A stretch of DNA of 52,512 nt from a virus (lineage: Duplodnaviria > Caudoviricetes): the IMG/VR virus record IMGVR_UViG_3300021368_000894, positions 1 through 52,512 of that record. The stretch is one strand, 5' to 3'. A model generated the notes under the pieces. That model had not been told where the DNA came from. It worked only from the letters and a program-made list of their open reading frames with translations, and ran no database searches. Positions 25,901 through 35,200 of the stretch are shown in pieces. Position 1 is the first letter of the stretch, and each line of letters opens with the position of its first letter. Position numbers and translations under genes: made by a program.

Positions 25901-27758
25901 CTTCAGAACCAAAACCACCTTGAGCAGCTTCTGCAGTGCCTTGTTTGGAGAAGTCAATTCTTGTAATTGGTAGAGTAGTAGAATAATCTGTTCCTGTCTC
26001 TACAACTTCACCTTCAGCACGAATTGATTTGATATCTGTAGAAACAAACTCATAAGCATCTCTCAGATACGTAAGTTCTGCTGTTCCATTATTTACTGCT
26101 CCAGAAGTATGAGTTGGAATTGACGTTCCTGTAGTACCGCTAGCAGTGACAGTATATACGTTACCAATCGCCCATAAAAGTTGACCTGATGTTACAGCAG
26201 TTTCTTCAATAAACTTAAGTGTTCCATCGCCACCATATTGGAAAGTTTCACCTGTACTAAAGGTTCCATTTGTGATATCAACAGAAGCTTTACCATTAAT
26301 ATATGCATTCTGTCCAGTCGTCTCGTCAAATGATAATTCAAATAGTTGACCTGTCGCACCAGTGTTAACACCTCTAACAGGAAGTCCGTTAACTAAGTTA
26401 GCAAGACCAGTATTAGTTTGGAATGTTACTTCAATTCTTGGTGGACCAAAGATTTGGTGACCGATAGGTAATGTCCTACCAAAACCTCCACCAGATTCTT
26501 TGTCAAAGTATATTCTCTGCTTATCATCAAACACCATGGCAAAATCCCAGGTTGCCACAGGATCGCCATTGGAATCAATCTGGTCACGGAATGTGATGCC
26601 AGTTAAATAGTTTTTATCTCCAAACTTAAATACGTGCTTTCTAGCGTTTTGTGGTCTTACAATAACCAAACGTAGGTTATCACCAACAATAGAACAATCA
26701 GGTGGAATAGAAACTGGGTTGTCTTCTACATAGTCTCCACCAGAAATAATGACAGTTTCTTTTACACCAGGAGTAGACCAAGCAATCTGACATGCTCTCT
26801 TGATTGTTCTAACTGGGTTAACAGCAGAACGACCATCATTTAAATCATCACCAATTTGCTGAGAAACATAGATACGACCACCAACGTCATTCGTTGCTAG
26901 GTTGAGGACGTATTCTGTAGTTGCAATCTTGTCTGATCTATCTCCCAATTTGGGAGTAATAGATCTTGGGAAAATACCAGCTTCTCCTGTTTCTGCAAAG
27001 TATGGTTGGTTTTGATCGTTTACCCTAAAACCAATATGCTTTAGTTGAGCATCACCATTTGCTTCAATACCATCAACATGATCTGGTGGCGTATTACTGG
27101 TGAGACCTGCAGTAGTTACTTGATATACATTAGTCTCGTGATATCTATAATCACCTACCTGGACAATAGTGCTTTGTGCCCAAGGTGTTCCAGTATTGTT
27201 CTGGAAAGTTTTTAGATTAGGAGCTCTAAAAGCAGCGTCAGCAGTTACAAAGTTATCAATATCAAGGTTGAGGATACGAGCAGTATCTGAAATAATTGAA
27301 GTAGATGTTCTTACAGCACCATTAACATCTAGTTCAAATAAAACTTCATCCAGGAAAGCTTCAGCAGCAACACCTACGCCGCCTCCGCCATCAAAAGTTA
27401 CGGTAGGAGCAGTTTCATAACCATCACCGGGATTATCTACAACAATTGCAGTTACAGAACCATTAACAATAGCAGCGGATGCCTGAGCTTGAACAAAAGG
27501 TGCTCTAGTAGGAGGACTGAGTTCTACCGTAGGTGGTAAAGTATATCCATTACCTGCTGAAAGGAGAGTAATTTTCTCAACCCTTCTGCCAGTTCTATTA
27601 ATACCTACTCTAGGTAATGCTGTTTCAGATAATTGAGCTCTAAAAATCTCTCTTTCTTGAGCACCAGCGCCAGTTCTAATAGTAAATTCGGATGATCCGT
27701 AAATAGATGGATTTACGCCCGAGATTCTTTCGCTATCCGAGTTAAACTTAAAGCTCAT
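16986..27758 (-). CDS. Giant virion structural / tail fibre protein (3590 aa)
   Basis: G.GY..P.V beta modules; GRIYVS...G.D.NDG.S...PVRTIKRA; two KCxRD helical units; ATYDP.TG modules; LDADKLD and VGIG fibre motifs; C-terminal TISENVTVPAG...WQIL. Confidence 0.85.
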   Translation of the reverse strand: MSFKFNSDSERISGVNPSIYGSSEFTIRTGAGAQEREIFRAQLSETALPRVGINRTGRRVEKITLLSAGNGYTLPPTVELSPPTRAPFVQAQASAAIVNGSVTAIVVDNPGDGYETAPTVTFDGGGGVGVAAEAFLDEVLFELDVNGAVRTSTSIISDTARILNLDIDNFVTADAAFRAPNLKTFQNNTGTPWAQSTIVQVGDYRYHETNVYQVTTAGLTSNTPPDHVDGIEANGDAQLKHIGFRVNDQNQPYFAETGEAGIFPRSITPKLGDRSDKIATTEYVLNLATNDVGGRIYVSQQIGDDLNDGRSAVNPVRTIKRACQIAWSTPGVKETVIISGGDYVEDNPVSIPPDCSIVGDNLRLVIVRPQNARKHVFKFGDKNYLTGITFRDQIDSNGDPVATWDFAMVFDDKQRIYFDKESGGGFGRTLPIGHQIFGPPRIEVTFQTNTGLANLVNGLPVRGVNTGATGQLFELSFDETTGQNAYINGKASVDITNGTFSTGETFQYGGDGTLKFIEETAVTSGQLLWAIGNVYTVTASGTTGTSIPTHTSGAVNNGTAELTYLRDAYEFVSTDIKSIRAEGEVVETGTDYSTTLPITRIDFSKQGTAEAAQGGFGSEVEGNAEDLGGIIFYTNDLVGRSNVHDFKEGQEIEITGLPTSGPDLSFLNGKQRIYKILRDADGRSRRFVIPKKTTVLTTDNYQPTGVVEVKSVMSYMTLSLLNSPNKFSRAAYVSRRYQDACNLIRNNIEFIKDEVVLKLNDQFAKKHFAVEGVDTSLNTFQVRTNPNDFVHTYVSGGTVTFEGTEYSVTGFVYDNTTGIGTVTTAGIPGLKDGKVVKIEDIVISCSQGQKIYPGFNIPGGDSKCYRDVGHFVNAILMDLEYGSNAHVIEAANYYIAGARVDYVDNEIIQTVRAFEYARQLIILAMRNWITGDGTSDNPEYVPEYSALSRYKDPTVISTTAGTPVCADVEASINTLVFLFNDILANNTNGTYLDAAYLIARNKTLIADQSYRDAISFYPALKLSTDRAYKCKRDIELVLSGLVRDLALGGNGGIVNAAENYYTGQALTGVPEAQLGATIYAFRQARKYARQAMRNWTNGNYFQVTPSTATYDSTTGDVVLTVTTSGLTFVPVENRDRVAFKEGALTFTCDPGGGAGTHASPTPTDRNYGKSTLITAVSTSGANTLITVNVGDAGTAAGVAHTFASALANGTFIVPEEIDLDSPFTASRFEDWNILPDVNADLEELFTPSNATYDPATGNFDVTVTGHGLTGSGNSMRIAPQSFTFTCAMDSNKTEHYLPGAGQTAFDSDLPVTVVDANTLRVNVGASAADVQFTPTAATYDPASGELTLTIGTHSLYIGAGIVLDDNSLSFTCDMDGNQSTKTYPRPGIDPFAGRSIPISAVTDTTITINAGKSADNVDFQPTSGSYDSGSGDLVLDIGQHGLGVGRGVILTDNSLTFDGGLLPRPGVDSFSGQSLSITSVGSSDHTVTNAVYDAMIGVVTLTIASHNFTEGDYIKVDDSSLTFSCQPEGESSPINKSYPRAGYDYPSGRWLPIKNVTTNTFDIEVGSSAYTGAHTFVSATANGVKRQNGQITVNITSGIVGYATLLTATADAVRHLPQSPHTFVSATSNSVKHLPQSAHTFVRTQNNSIAIYTTGDQPMCNNVATTINTSMLLLEQILDGTILPGATTRTYGTLFDTTNILSRPNNYLYDQDNKLITPTTTYDDLPIIEASPYTQNASVISFLGGGGAEIDGDKVAQPNSPFPGLELDGTASFPNQGKSMVAAAFTIITFGGTGYKVTNDGYTQLVSVFVIFAENGVLSESGGYASITNSATNFGTFALRARGFRKDAYEFDQGYTTGGGTYIRATIASVSNTVTGRTIINVENLGRRPLEDYIVKVDGYRNADPDDEYFIESLTGGTVGPPFNSALTLDNGTGDALELIDEATNQVVLSTDLVAYNVANYGGNPKVSLHRPSIVNSSSHTWEFAGSGTNYNALPENGGVKVDANEQVSEDYGRVYVSGTDELGDFKVGTFAKIENRTGAITFTGTVTISEVEFLKLKGGDVVVTGFDASNTLGGATSSDSKIPTQKAVKDFITNNLGPYINKPYSTNAVPRALVELTDSGKISLDQIPALRPFSVYTVADQAARISENTIYGDSGALAGDIVIQNDTSQSFILNDDTESQFLAFNENPALAFTVNDVYVSRDSGGSLGGSGSQIQATEYRAGVVYKVNITAGGSGYVSTPTVTVTPSDGGTPTQAADVTATVANGSVISLTINLFNGYVGGLGYTANPNITIDAPGGGGTQATATALIESRLYGNIVNAVKMEDTDFIDDDNGATVNLTRVYNTSSTNAANWVALSSNQIAASDITSGIISTSRLAQNSAAANSFTFLRGDQAFAPVMQSLKGAETRYFAITSATGAINSSTLSFATNSDVLKGHEVINNVSGIQADTLITNVVTSAGTTEISLDKTLTQEIPSGTVIEFERGSSPLVLESTFTIGAFVDNIILSNQGTGYTPGTYNDTPLTGGNGSGLKANITVNGTGNITTIVVTDGGSGYTTGDFTVTSLPPQLGAGSNAVLLAKVGEVTRNYANTTIDVKRVTEQTISQDLYGTVGVSRFKKSQFNVGLDGNGSVELKTGDGSNLNADLLDGFQGTYYTNASNLSAGLLATDRLSGTYNINISGSSGNTLRLNTDVGALSSSSNPSQFPAGFKAETKNNSADGLDDGGIRHLVLTARNGASGTDATYGGVRQLAFTDNNNLWIRGSGTTPANNFGSWYKVWTSLNDGVDTGLDADKLDNKQGKWYQTAYNINFGILSTNRIPEYLDETNVKDSLTIRKINNFEYYEVYVPGQLLTGLPFIDNGSFQVVNLYDSTSNAVGSFQITNIITNDEIPVPPNPASAEDTSGDYSIIIGYITNGGFTGALTIGSASNRPPFADYRIILPPNNETTQTVYEGAKLEDGKLTLGRKDDPSGGTTPSVEFRSGSTSVTYDSRIIASGGNGSNGGGTLDVEVVNNDSFTVNNNVVFNAANLLFDDGLDGNNPVGYDTNANGKLVARDSNGDFAAGTITATLDGAATGNLPITGGTLDGDLTIGNATTRLLTVNGDVDVTDSLDVEGTFRVDSSNNLIYADQANGNVLVGTSPSATPSQNGKLNVFTTGNDFRSALTIRTGTNEHEQGIAFQNGGYAYTWNIFRAPSDYGTNNPATTSLADLYFNGAAGSGADADITGLSTSLLLRAGGDIETGSGNVGIGQSPLNIPYKLSVNGQVHTENASAISYSDQDAYLVFFNDREIETANNNGNSNYYDVNTFVAEKTGDLRIKWSTKTNSGFYGYRISVNGTPVITDDYNSVTYLDGNAANATAYRNFSAAITNLNPGDTIVFAMTVTNSGGTAINGTASNVLSCRNFRVYSGTPHHANPHGGNTFIGNDQIGIGTSAFVNGTTQYSLNVAGDVNFSGILYQNDSEFVTSRWTENGTNIYRNSRVGIGETTPAYTLDVGEDFTDNGESGRLRVQGTSRLEGALTITTGGADVTGVINAKSGLQANGSAQWLDSQGIIKASGSTISENVTVPAGTNAFSTGDVVIASGNTVIVNGIWQIL

Positions 27759-27790
27759 GTTACTGCTCTAAACCGCTTTTTTCCTACCTA

Positions 27791-27797
27791 TATTTAG
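27791..27797 (-). promoter_or_regulatory. T4-type late promoter (CTAAATA)
   Basis: Intergenic, about 33 nt upstream of the ATG at 27758. Confidence 0.7.
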
Positions 27798-27799
27798 CA

Positions 27800-28309
27800 T
27801 TAAGACCAGTCAATAGATACGACTTCTGTAGAGGCAACCCACTTAATTGTATCGGTAGTTCCTGTCCTTGATGTAATGTAACTAAACCTGTTTGGAGATC
27901 CACTATCAAATCCTTCAATGGTCCACTGTTGTCCAGTTGGAATAGTATCTCTAATGATAGTAACCAATTCACCAATTTCCTGTACATCTCCAGCGCCACC
28001 AACAGTTACTGCTGATTCAATTTTAACAACATAAAATCCACCTCCAACAGCGTTAGATGCTACTATGGTTCCTGTAATAAAATTGATTGTATTGTTAGAT
28101 AAAGGAATCTGGTCTGATGCACCATCGAGCGACAAGACGCCTGTATTCTGACCACTCAAAATATACTTGGTGGTATTGGCATTAGAAAAATTATAGTTCT
28201 TAATTTCTAATGTATTTACGTTTTTAACGTTTTTGAGATTATCTACAATCTCCGACTTACCTACAGAAAATCCTCCTGTAGAGTCAAAATTTCTTAAGTT
28301 AGTTGGCAT
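27800..28309 (-). CDS. Hypothetical, probably structural protein
   Basis: 169-aa beta-rich ORF tightly packed between two large structural genes. Confidence 0.75.
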   Translation of the reverse strand: MPTNLRNFDSTGGFSVGKSEIVDNLKNVKNVNTLEIKNYNFSNANTTKYILSGQNTGVLSLDGASDQIPLSNNTINFITGTIVASNAVGGGFYVVKIESAVTVGGAGDVQEIGELVTIIRDTIPTGQQWTIEGFDSGSPNRFSYITSRTGTTDTIKWVASTEVVSIDWS

Positions 28310-28314
28310 TTAAA

Positions 28315-31300
28315 TTAACTCCTGTAAGTCGTAGATACTGCTTTAATATTTACCAATTCAGCATTTAGCACATCATTAGTCAATTCAATAGTAGCAATCA
28401 AGTCTCCACTAGGATCGAAAGTAAACTCTGTACTAATGAGTGGTGTGCCAGTATTAACATTTCCATATTCTGTGTGGAAAATGTCCGTGTTTCTATGAGT
28501 AATCAAATACTCATATACTTCTCTATCGAGAGAAGATTGATTGAATACGGAAATGATTAATTTAGATGAAGATCTCGTTGTTGGATCTAAAATAAGAATT
28601 GTTCCCGAATTGGTAGTTCCTTTGGTTAACATAAACTCAGTGGACTGTACCATGTAATCTCTTTGATTTAACATAGTCATGTCTTTATCAACCAAAGTCA
28701 TGTAAGAACTTGTAGATGTTCCAAATCCAGTATTAATCTTCACATCACCATCTGTTGTTAGTCTCAGTAAAGGAGTTGTTACCAATCCAGTAGCATGACC
28801 AAAATCTAGATTATCTCTAGACGTGAAGACAAAACTGTCAGTAGCATTCGCAGTATTATTACGGATGCTCATGGAAGCACTAACGAAATCTACTTCTTCA
28901 CAATTAATACTTAGAGTATTTAATGTAGAAGCATTGATAGAACTGATACTATTAAAATCAATGCTAGATTGCTGAACATTAAGGGAATTGACTGCTTCAT
29001 TATAGAAGTACAAAGTGTTCTCATCAGCACCAGGAGAAGTTTCTGGAATAATATAAGTATTTCCATCTACATCTCTAACACCACCCAGAGATGACCATGA
29101 AGTAGAACTAGCAATGTATCCTTCAAACTGAGAAGTATCTGTATTGAATCTAATAGATCCGCCAGCTGGAGTTCCTCTCTGTCCTGTAGTACCAACAGGA
29201 ATAGCAAAAGAAGATGTAGAAAGAACTTGTACTTTTTGACCAGAGTTTGGTTGGATAATTAAATCACTTGTGTCAGTAGAAAGTGTATTAGCATCAATTC
29301 TAATTTCATTGCCAACAGATAACTGTGATCCTGGAGCAATCTTTACTTCATCAATTTCACTAAATGTTAAATCATCAACAGCAATGGCAAACCATGTAAA
29401 CTCTGCTGTTCCTGATGTAACTGCTCCTGAAGTATGAACGGGTTCAGCACCAGATGTTCCAGAAGTTCCAGCGGATGTTACTTGATATAGATTTTTTTGA
29501 TATCTAACATAGTCATTTAAATTATAAGAAGTGTTGGTAGAAAAATCTACATATGCTGGAAGACCAGTCTTAGAAGAAGAAATATTTTTGACAGAAATAA
29601 AGTCTAACTTTTGAGGAGTTAGTTGGAGAGTATTATCTCCATCATTATAGAAATATAGAATATTGTCATTAGCACCTGTAGATGCTTCTGCTTCAATGTA
29701 AGTATTACCATCAATATCTCTAACACCACCTAGCGAAGACCAGGAAGATGTAGCAGCACTATACCCTTCATACTGTCCACTATCTGTATTAAATCTGATC
29801 GCACCATTTGCTGCCAGAGTTGTAGGTCTCTCAGCAGAAGTACCTGCAGGAATCTGGAAAGAAGTATTGGTGTTTACTTTAACAACTTGAGAAGATGCAG
29901 GTGTTAAAACAATATCATTATTAAGTGTAGAACCAATAATGTTATCTTGAATAGTTAATCTATCCGAAGAATTAAAAGAACCATTAGTTTTTAATTCTCC
30001 TGAAGTTGTAAAATCTCCTGTAGATTCTACTACTTGGATTGTAGATCCAATATCAAAGTTTCCATTTACTTGAGTTCCAGTTGCAGATGTAATGGTAAGA
30101 TTAGTTGTTGATGTTAATGCGGATGCATTAACGGTAGGTGCATTTAAAACTTGTGTCGAAACACTAGTATTAGCATTAATGGTTGGAATAGTTGCACTAG
30201 TTCCTACAAAAGAAGTTGCACTAACTTCTCCAGTCTCAATACCTAGAGTAACAGAATCGGAACTTCCAACGCTATCTAATGTGATAACTAAACCAGAACC
30301 AAATGTTTTGGGATTATTTGGATCTTGAGGGAAGAAACTATAGTTAGGAGCATAACCTCCATAACTATCTGCGGTTTGACTATAATAATATAAGTTTGGT
30401 GTATTATCTGTAACTGTAATTTCTAGATAATCCGCACCTCTAAATACTCCCTCTGTATATTCAATGCCAGTAAATCTTAGAGTCGCTGTTCCATCTCCAG
30501 TTGGCAAGTTGTCTAAAGTTAAAGTAGTAGCATTGTCAACAGACTCAACTACAGTTCCTGCTTCAAGAACACCAGTTCCACTTTCAATTGAAACTGTCAT
30601 GCCAGCAGTGATTCCTGCCGTACTAGTTACGGTTAAAACTCTAGACCCGGTACTAAGTGTTACACCTGCTTGATCTACAAATCCAAATGTACCGCCAGGT
30701 GTTTGTGAGAATGAAAATAAATCTGCTTCATATCCCGAATAACCAAACCTGTATGTACTACCACTATAGATTGTAAGATCTCTAGCATACTTGATATCAT
30801 TTGTTTCTACAACGTCGAACTCGCCAATCAAAAACTGAGTTGCACTATCTACTGCAGAAATTTCAAATGTATCTCCAAATGCTGCACCAACAGCACCAAT
30901 TCTTCCTCCAACTGCTTGGTTATTATCTTCTACTACAATAGAATCAATATTTCCACCAGTAGAATAAACTTCTAAAACTGAAACAGCGGTGTAGGATGTC
31001 ACAGTTCCTACATTGACTTGTGCTCCTGCAATTCCTCCGATACTTCCAGCAGGAACATTAATAATTTCATTATCTGTAAATAAATATCCGCTTGAAACGA
31101 CAGTATCAATTTGAAGTTCTCCGGTACTATCTGTAGAGAAATCAATTACAAGACCTGTGCCAGCTGCTCCAGTTAAAGAAACTCCAGCAAAAGTTTGACT
31201 TGCAGCTCCAGTGTAAATACCATTCAAAGACGGAGAGAGAACTTCTCCTCCTACGTTTTGTACACTAACACCTTCAGTAAACTCAGCAACAGCAACCGTA

Positions 31301-32112
31301 GATGAAAACTGAATCTTTTTGGTATCTGTATCTGTTACTGTATAAAGAAGAGGAGATGTTAGATCAGAAGCATTTACAGAAAGTGTGTCATTTTCTACGT
31401 ATCCAAGACCACCAGATGTAATGTTTACACTAGTTACAGTATGAGTAAGACCAACTGTATAAGCAAAGGGAGTAGTTGGTGTTCCTAAAGACGCTGGTAG
31501 ACTTAATACATCTCCAGTAACATATGATGTTCCATCATCGAAAACAGAAATATCAAAAGATGTTACAGTACCATTGGCATCAATAGTAACGTCAGCAGTT
31601 GCCCCACTACCATTTCCTCCTGTTAATACAGTGTCTGGATAGTCACCTTCTGTATATCCAAGACCACTGTTGGTAATAGATCCAGTGTAAGCAGTTACAG
31701 TGACATCTCCAACTGCGCCAGCACCAGAACCACCAACAAAACTAACTCCATTATAAACACCATCATCATATCCAGATCCCTGAGATGTTAAAACTAAACC
31801 AGAAGTTGTAGCGATCTGTTTTCTTACTACAGCATTTTTGAAAAAGACTCCTTCGTTCTGTCTAATATCAAAAACCTTTTTGGCATTACTGACAAAACCT
31901 AATTCATTTTGAGCAACTTTAAAGATTCCTAAAGTAGCATCACTAGTAAATGCTAGAGACGGTACAGTTCTAGAACCATCTCCTAATTTCAATAGACCAG
32001 TTGAAAGATCACTTCCACCTTGAGAAATGCTAAAAAGGTTCGTACCAATTTGGTTAATTTTTTGCCTTTGAATCTCAAAGGTGTCTGATTTAGCGACGTT
32101 AATTGCTGGCAT
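28315..32112 (-). CDS. Virion structural / fibre-like protein (1265 aa)
   Basis: N-terminal DTFEIQRQKIN; two copies of IP.GT...R.....G.IRFNTD..Q.EGY....SWSSLGGVRD.DGNTYI; G.GY beta modules. Confidence 0.8.
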   Translation of the reverse strand: MPAINVAKSDTFEIQRQKINQIGTNLFSISQGGSDLSTGLLKLGDGSRTVPSLAFTSDATLGIFKVAQNELGFVSNAKKVFDIRQNEGVFFKNAVVRKQIATTSGLVLTSQGSGYDDGVYNGVSFVGGSGAGAVGDVTVTAYTGSITNSGLGYTEGDYPDTVLTGGNGSGATADVTIDANGTVTSFDISVFDDGTSYVTGDVLSLPASLGTPTTPFAYTVGLTHTVTSVNITSGGLGYVENDTLSVNASDLTSPLLYTVTDTDTKKIQFSSTVAVAEFTEGVSVQNVGGEVLSPSLNGIYTGAASQTFAGVSLTGAAGTGLVIDFSTDSTGELQIDTVVSSGYLFTDNEIINVPAGSIGGIAGAQVNVGTVTSYTAVSVLEVYSTGGNIDSIVVEDNNQAVGGRIGAVGAAFGDTFEISAVDSATQFLIGEFDVVETNDIKYARDLTIYSGSTYRFGYSGYEADLFSFSQTPGGTFGFVDQAGVTLSTGSRVLTVTSTAGITAGMTVSIESGTGVLEAGTVVESVDNATTLTLDNLPTGDGTATLRFTGIEYTEGVFRGADYLEITVTDNTPNLYYYSQTADSYGGYAPNYSFFPQDPNNPKTFGSGLVITLDSVGSSDSVTLGIETGEVSATSFVGTSATIPTINANTSVSTQVLNAPTVNASALTSTTNLTITSATGTQVNGNFDIGSTIQVVESTGDFTTSGELKTNGSFNSSDRLTIQDNIIGSTLNNDIVLTPASSQVVKVNTNTSFQIPAGTSAERPTTLAANGAIRFNTDSGQYEGYSAATSSWSSLGGVRDIDGNTYIEAEASTGANDNILYFYNDGDNTLQLTPQKLDFISVKNISSSKTGLPAYVDFSTNTSYNLNDYVRYQKNLYQVTSAGTSGTSGAEPVHTSGAVTSGTAEFTWFAIAVDDLTFSEIDEVKIAPGSQLSVGNEIRIDANTLSTDTSDLIIQPNSGQKVQVLSTSSFAIPVGTTGQRGTPAGGSIRFNTDTSQFEGYIASSTSWSSLGGVRDVDGNTYIIPETSPGADENTLYFYNEAVNSLNVQQSSIDFNSISSINASTLNTLSINCEEVDFVSASMSIRNNTANATDSFVFTSRDNLDFGHATGLVTTPLLRLTTDGDVKINTGFGTSTSSYMTLVDKDMTMLNQRDYMVQSTEFMLTKGTTNSGTILILDPTTRSSSKLIISVFNQSSLDREVYEYLITHRNTDIFHTEYGNVNTGTPLISTEFTFDPSGDLIATIELTNDVLNAELVNIKAVSTTYRS

Positions 32113-32293
32113 TTCTTACGATCTCTGCTAAAAGTTGCTTGATGTCAGATAGTTCTTCCTTCAATGTATTTATGTCACTCCTCATTAGCGATATAGTTTG
32201 AGACGCAGACTTTTTAGGGGGCAACTGCTTGTTTACAATTGCCCCTGTCTCTGGATCTCTATAAAGGTTATCGTGACCTTCGACTTTTATCAT
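32099..32293 (-). CDS. Small hypothetical protein with a C-terminal coiled coil
   Basis: MIKVEGH.NLYRD..TGAIVN; ATGA overlap with the upstream gene. I recall similar small genes at this position in cyanophages. Confidence 0.8.
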   Translation of the reverse strand: MIKVEGHDNLYRDPETGAIVNKQLPPKKSASQTISLMRSDINTLKEELSDIKQLLAEIVRNASN

Positions 32294-35200
32294 ACCGAAG
32301 CAACAACTCTAATATCTTGGATCTTAGGAACATATGATGGGTCGTCAGTCTTCATTGAAATCTTAACTCCGAATGAAGTAAACTCATCTAAATTGTCCAC
32401 TGTGTATCTAAACTCTTGATACGATGTCTGCTCTTCTTTTTGAGCGGAGATTGTATTTTGTGGTGTGGCGAGTTTAGGTGTATCCTCAAATCCAGTTCCA
32501 TTAAACAACTCCCATTCAATATCTTCAAACTTCTTCTGGACAGAAGTTGTCTTGGTCTTGTATGCGAGTTGGATGTTCTCACTATCAGTTACATTTGCAG
32601 TGATGATAACATCAATTGCAGTTGCACCTTGTGTAAGACTAATCTCCTTAGTTGTATACTTGGCAACAGAAGAAGTGTCTTTTGCACTGTCTTCAGAAAC
32701 AAAGTCTACACCGTCAGAGAATGTCATCTTCTTGACTTCATAATATCTTTCATCTCCTGCTCCTAGATTCGACCAAGAAACAAGATCGCCAACTCTAAAG
32801 ATATCAGCAGACTGATCAGCAACTTGCTGGGTTCTAATGAAAGAACCAGTTCCACTAGCACTAGAGTAATCAGAATTGATTGGTTGCTTATCATTCTCTA
32901 AAGTCAGAGTCTGAGAAGGAACATCCCAAATACGGACGGTTCCGTTGATCAAGTTGTCGTATTTTTCAGTAGTATTAGAAGGATTGATTCCAGTAACCAA
33001 TTGACCGAAGGAGAAACTTGGATTTACCTTGATTGCTCCAGCAGCACTTACCACAACTGTGTTACTTTCTAATGCACCACTCTCTTGTGATTGTAGTGAG
33101 AAGAAGAGTTGCTCATTTGCTTTGAAAACATTGTTATTCTTAACTTTAACAAAGATAGTATTGTCGGAGTTTCTATACTTAACAACCTCACCACGAGAAC
33201 CAGATGCCTGGATATTTTGAGCATCGTTACCAATACCTTCAACAGTCTGACCAACATTGATAACAATTGGATTGCTGTTACCGTCTAGGTTACCACTTAG
33301 AGTCAATCTGTATACAGGATAGAACTCAATAACTTGATATCTCTTACCATATCTGTTCTCTTTACCAGAAGCATTCTCGATTCTGTTAGAAGATAGTTTG
33401 ATAGAAGATGTCTTGAGATCAAGGATCGGAGACAGATATGACTTAGTAGAAGAAAGTGTCAGTCTGTAGACAAGACTATTGCCGAGGTTATTAAGTAGAG
33501 TATTGATGTCTGATGCAACAACCTTTTGATTAATAAAGAACTGTTCTTCATTGAGGAACGTTCTTTCAAAATCAGCAACAGAATAAGAAGTATAGTTTTC
33601 AGTATTAGAGTCAACTGGAACTACATTAGTTGTCTTGATTGAAGTATCAATGTTCGTAGATGGAGACTGAATATATGAGAACTGAGCAAGAACTCTCTCA
33701 TACTTCTTATTAGAAGTAATAAGTCCACTAGCACCACCACCAAATACTGTATCTGCTGCTCTACCAATTCCTGACACACAGAATGTATCAACACCACAAT
33801 TAGATACCTTGAACAGAGTGGTGTTCAGTGCTCCTTGTGTGAATCCAGCAGTAGTCTCTAGATTCTTGAAGAACACATATGAACTACCATCTTCAAATCC
33901 ATGGTTCTTATGGTTGACTTTGATAATATTGTTGTTATTCTTGAACAACTCAGATGTTGCATTAGCATTAGCAAATGCATAAGTCTCAAGAGGATCATTG
34001 ACCATTTTCTCATAACCAAGTGACTGGTTAGTGATGTCAATGGTTGCGTTGGAAGAGATGTCAAACTCAGCACGATATAGAGTGAACTTGATATCTTCAA
34101 ACAGATCCTCTACCCATGAACCAGTGTTCTGTGACTTGTAGACAGAACCAAGTGATGGGTTAGTAGTAACTGTAGTATTGGTTGCGATTTCAGTCTCACC
34201 AAGTTTAGACGCCCAGATGCTATAATCTTGAGAATCTGTCTCAACAACCAGAGCATACTCGGTATTGTTCTGTAGATATACGGGATAGTCGAAGTGGAAC
34301 TTGGTTGGAGTTGTAGATGGAACAACGCCAGTGGTGTCTGTAGCAACACCCATTCTAACAGCAGGTTCTGTAATTTCGATCTCTGCTTCAATAACTGCTC
34401 CGCCATTGCCGAGTCCTGTACCTCTAATAACAATCGAAGGTGGTTCAGTATACCCTCTGCCAGCAAGAGTGATAGTAGAATCGTAGATTAAACCACCAGA
34501 GACTACAACCGTGCCTGTTGCGTTGCTACCGCCAGGTAGACTTGGAGACTCAACAGTAATAGTAGCAGTGTCATAGTTATCACCAGCATTAGTAACCTTC
34601 AGACCAGAGACAACACCAGAGTCCTTAGCAATTCTTGCAGTAATCTCAGTGTTGTTTGCATTGTTGAATGTAGTGATAGAAGAGATCTTCAGACGCTCAT
34701 CAGGAACGAATGAAATGCCATTGTTGTTGTCAAGAACGACAGTGTAAACTTGCTCATTGGTCAAGACAATCTCATTATCTTCTGAGATAGCAAGTTCATT
34801 GTTGTTCTTATCAAGAACCTTCAATACAGGACCAGATGCGTTGCTAGACTCTCCAGAAATGATCTCGTCCTTGAGAATAGTAACAGTGTCAGAAACGTAT
34901 ACCTTTAGGTAGGTATAAGGTTCGACAACAACCTCAGTTCCAGGAACAACATTCTTGCCTGGTTTCTCGGAGTTGACATCAGTCAGATATACACGAAGAG
35001 GAATGGTGTCGCTCTTAGTGCTGAGGAACAGATCTACACCAGTTGTGAATACACCACCCTCATAGTTCTCAACCTTAAAGGTTTGAGCGAGTGGGTTTGG
35101 TTTCTGCTCTTGCTCGGTGTTGCTAGAGACCAACTGGGTTCCTTCATTAGACTTGAAGTAAGCAGGTTTCGTAGATACGATAGAAGCAGGATTCTCTGGT

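Noticed and set aside
3642-27758. Collagen-like fibres as substrate for the prolyl-hydroxylase-like enzyme
   Set aside because: No sustained Gly-X-Y runs are present; the Gly-rich tracts are polyglycine type.
32167-32173. ATAAATA inside the 64-aa gene as promoter for the 1265-aa gene
   Set aside because: It is intragenic and about 55 nt from the start, further than the other sites, so it cannot be told apart from chance.
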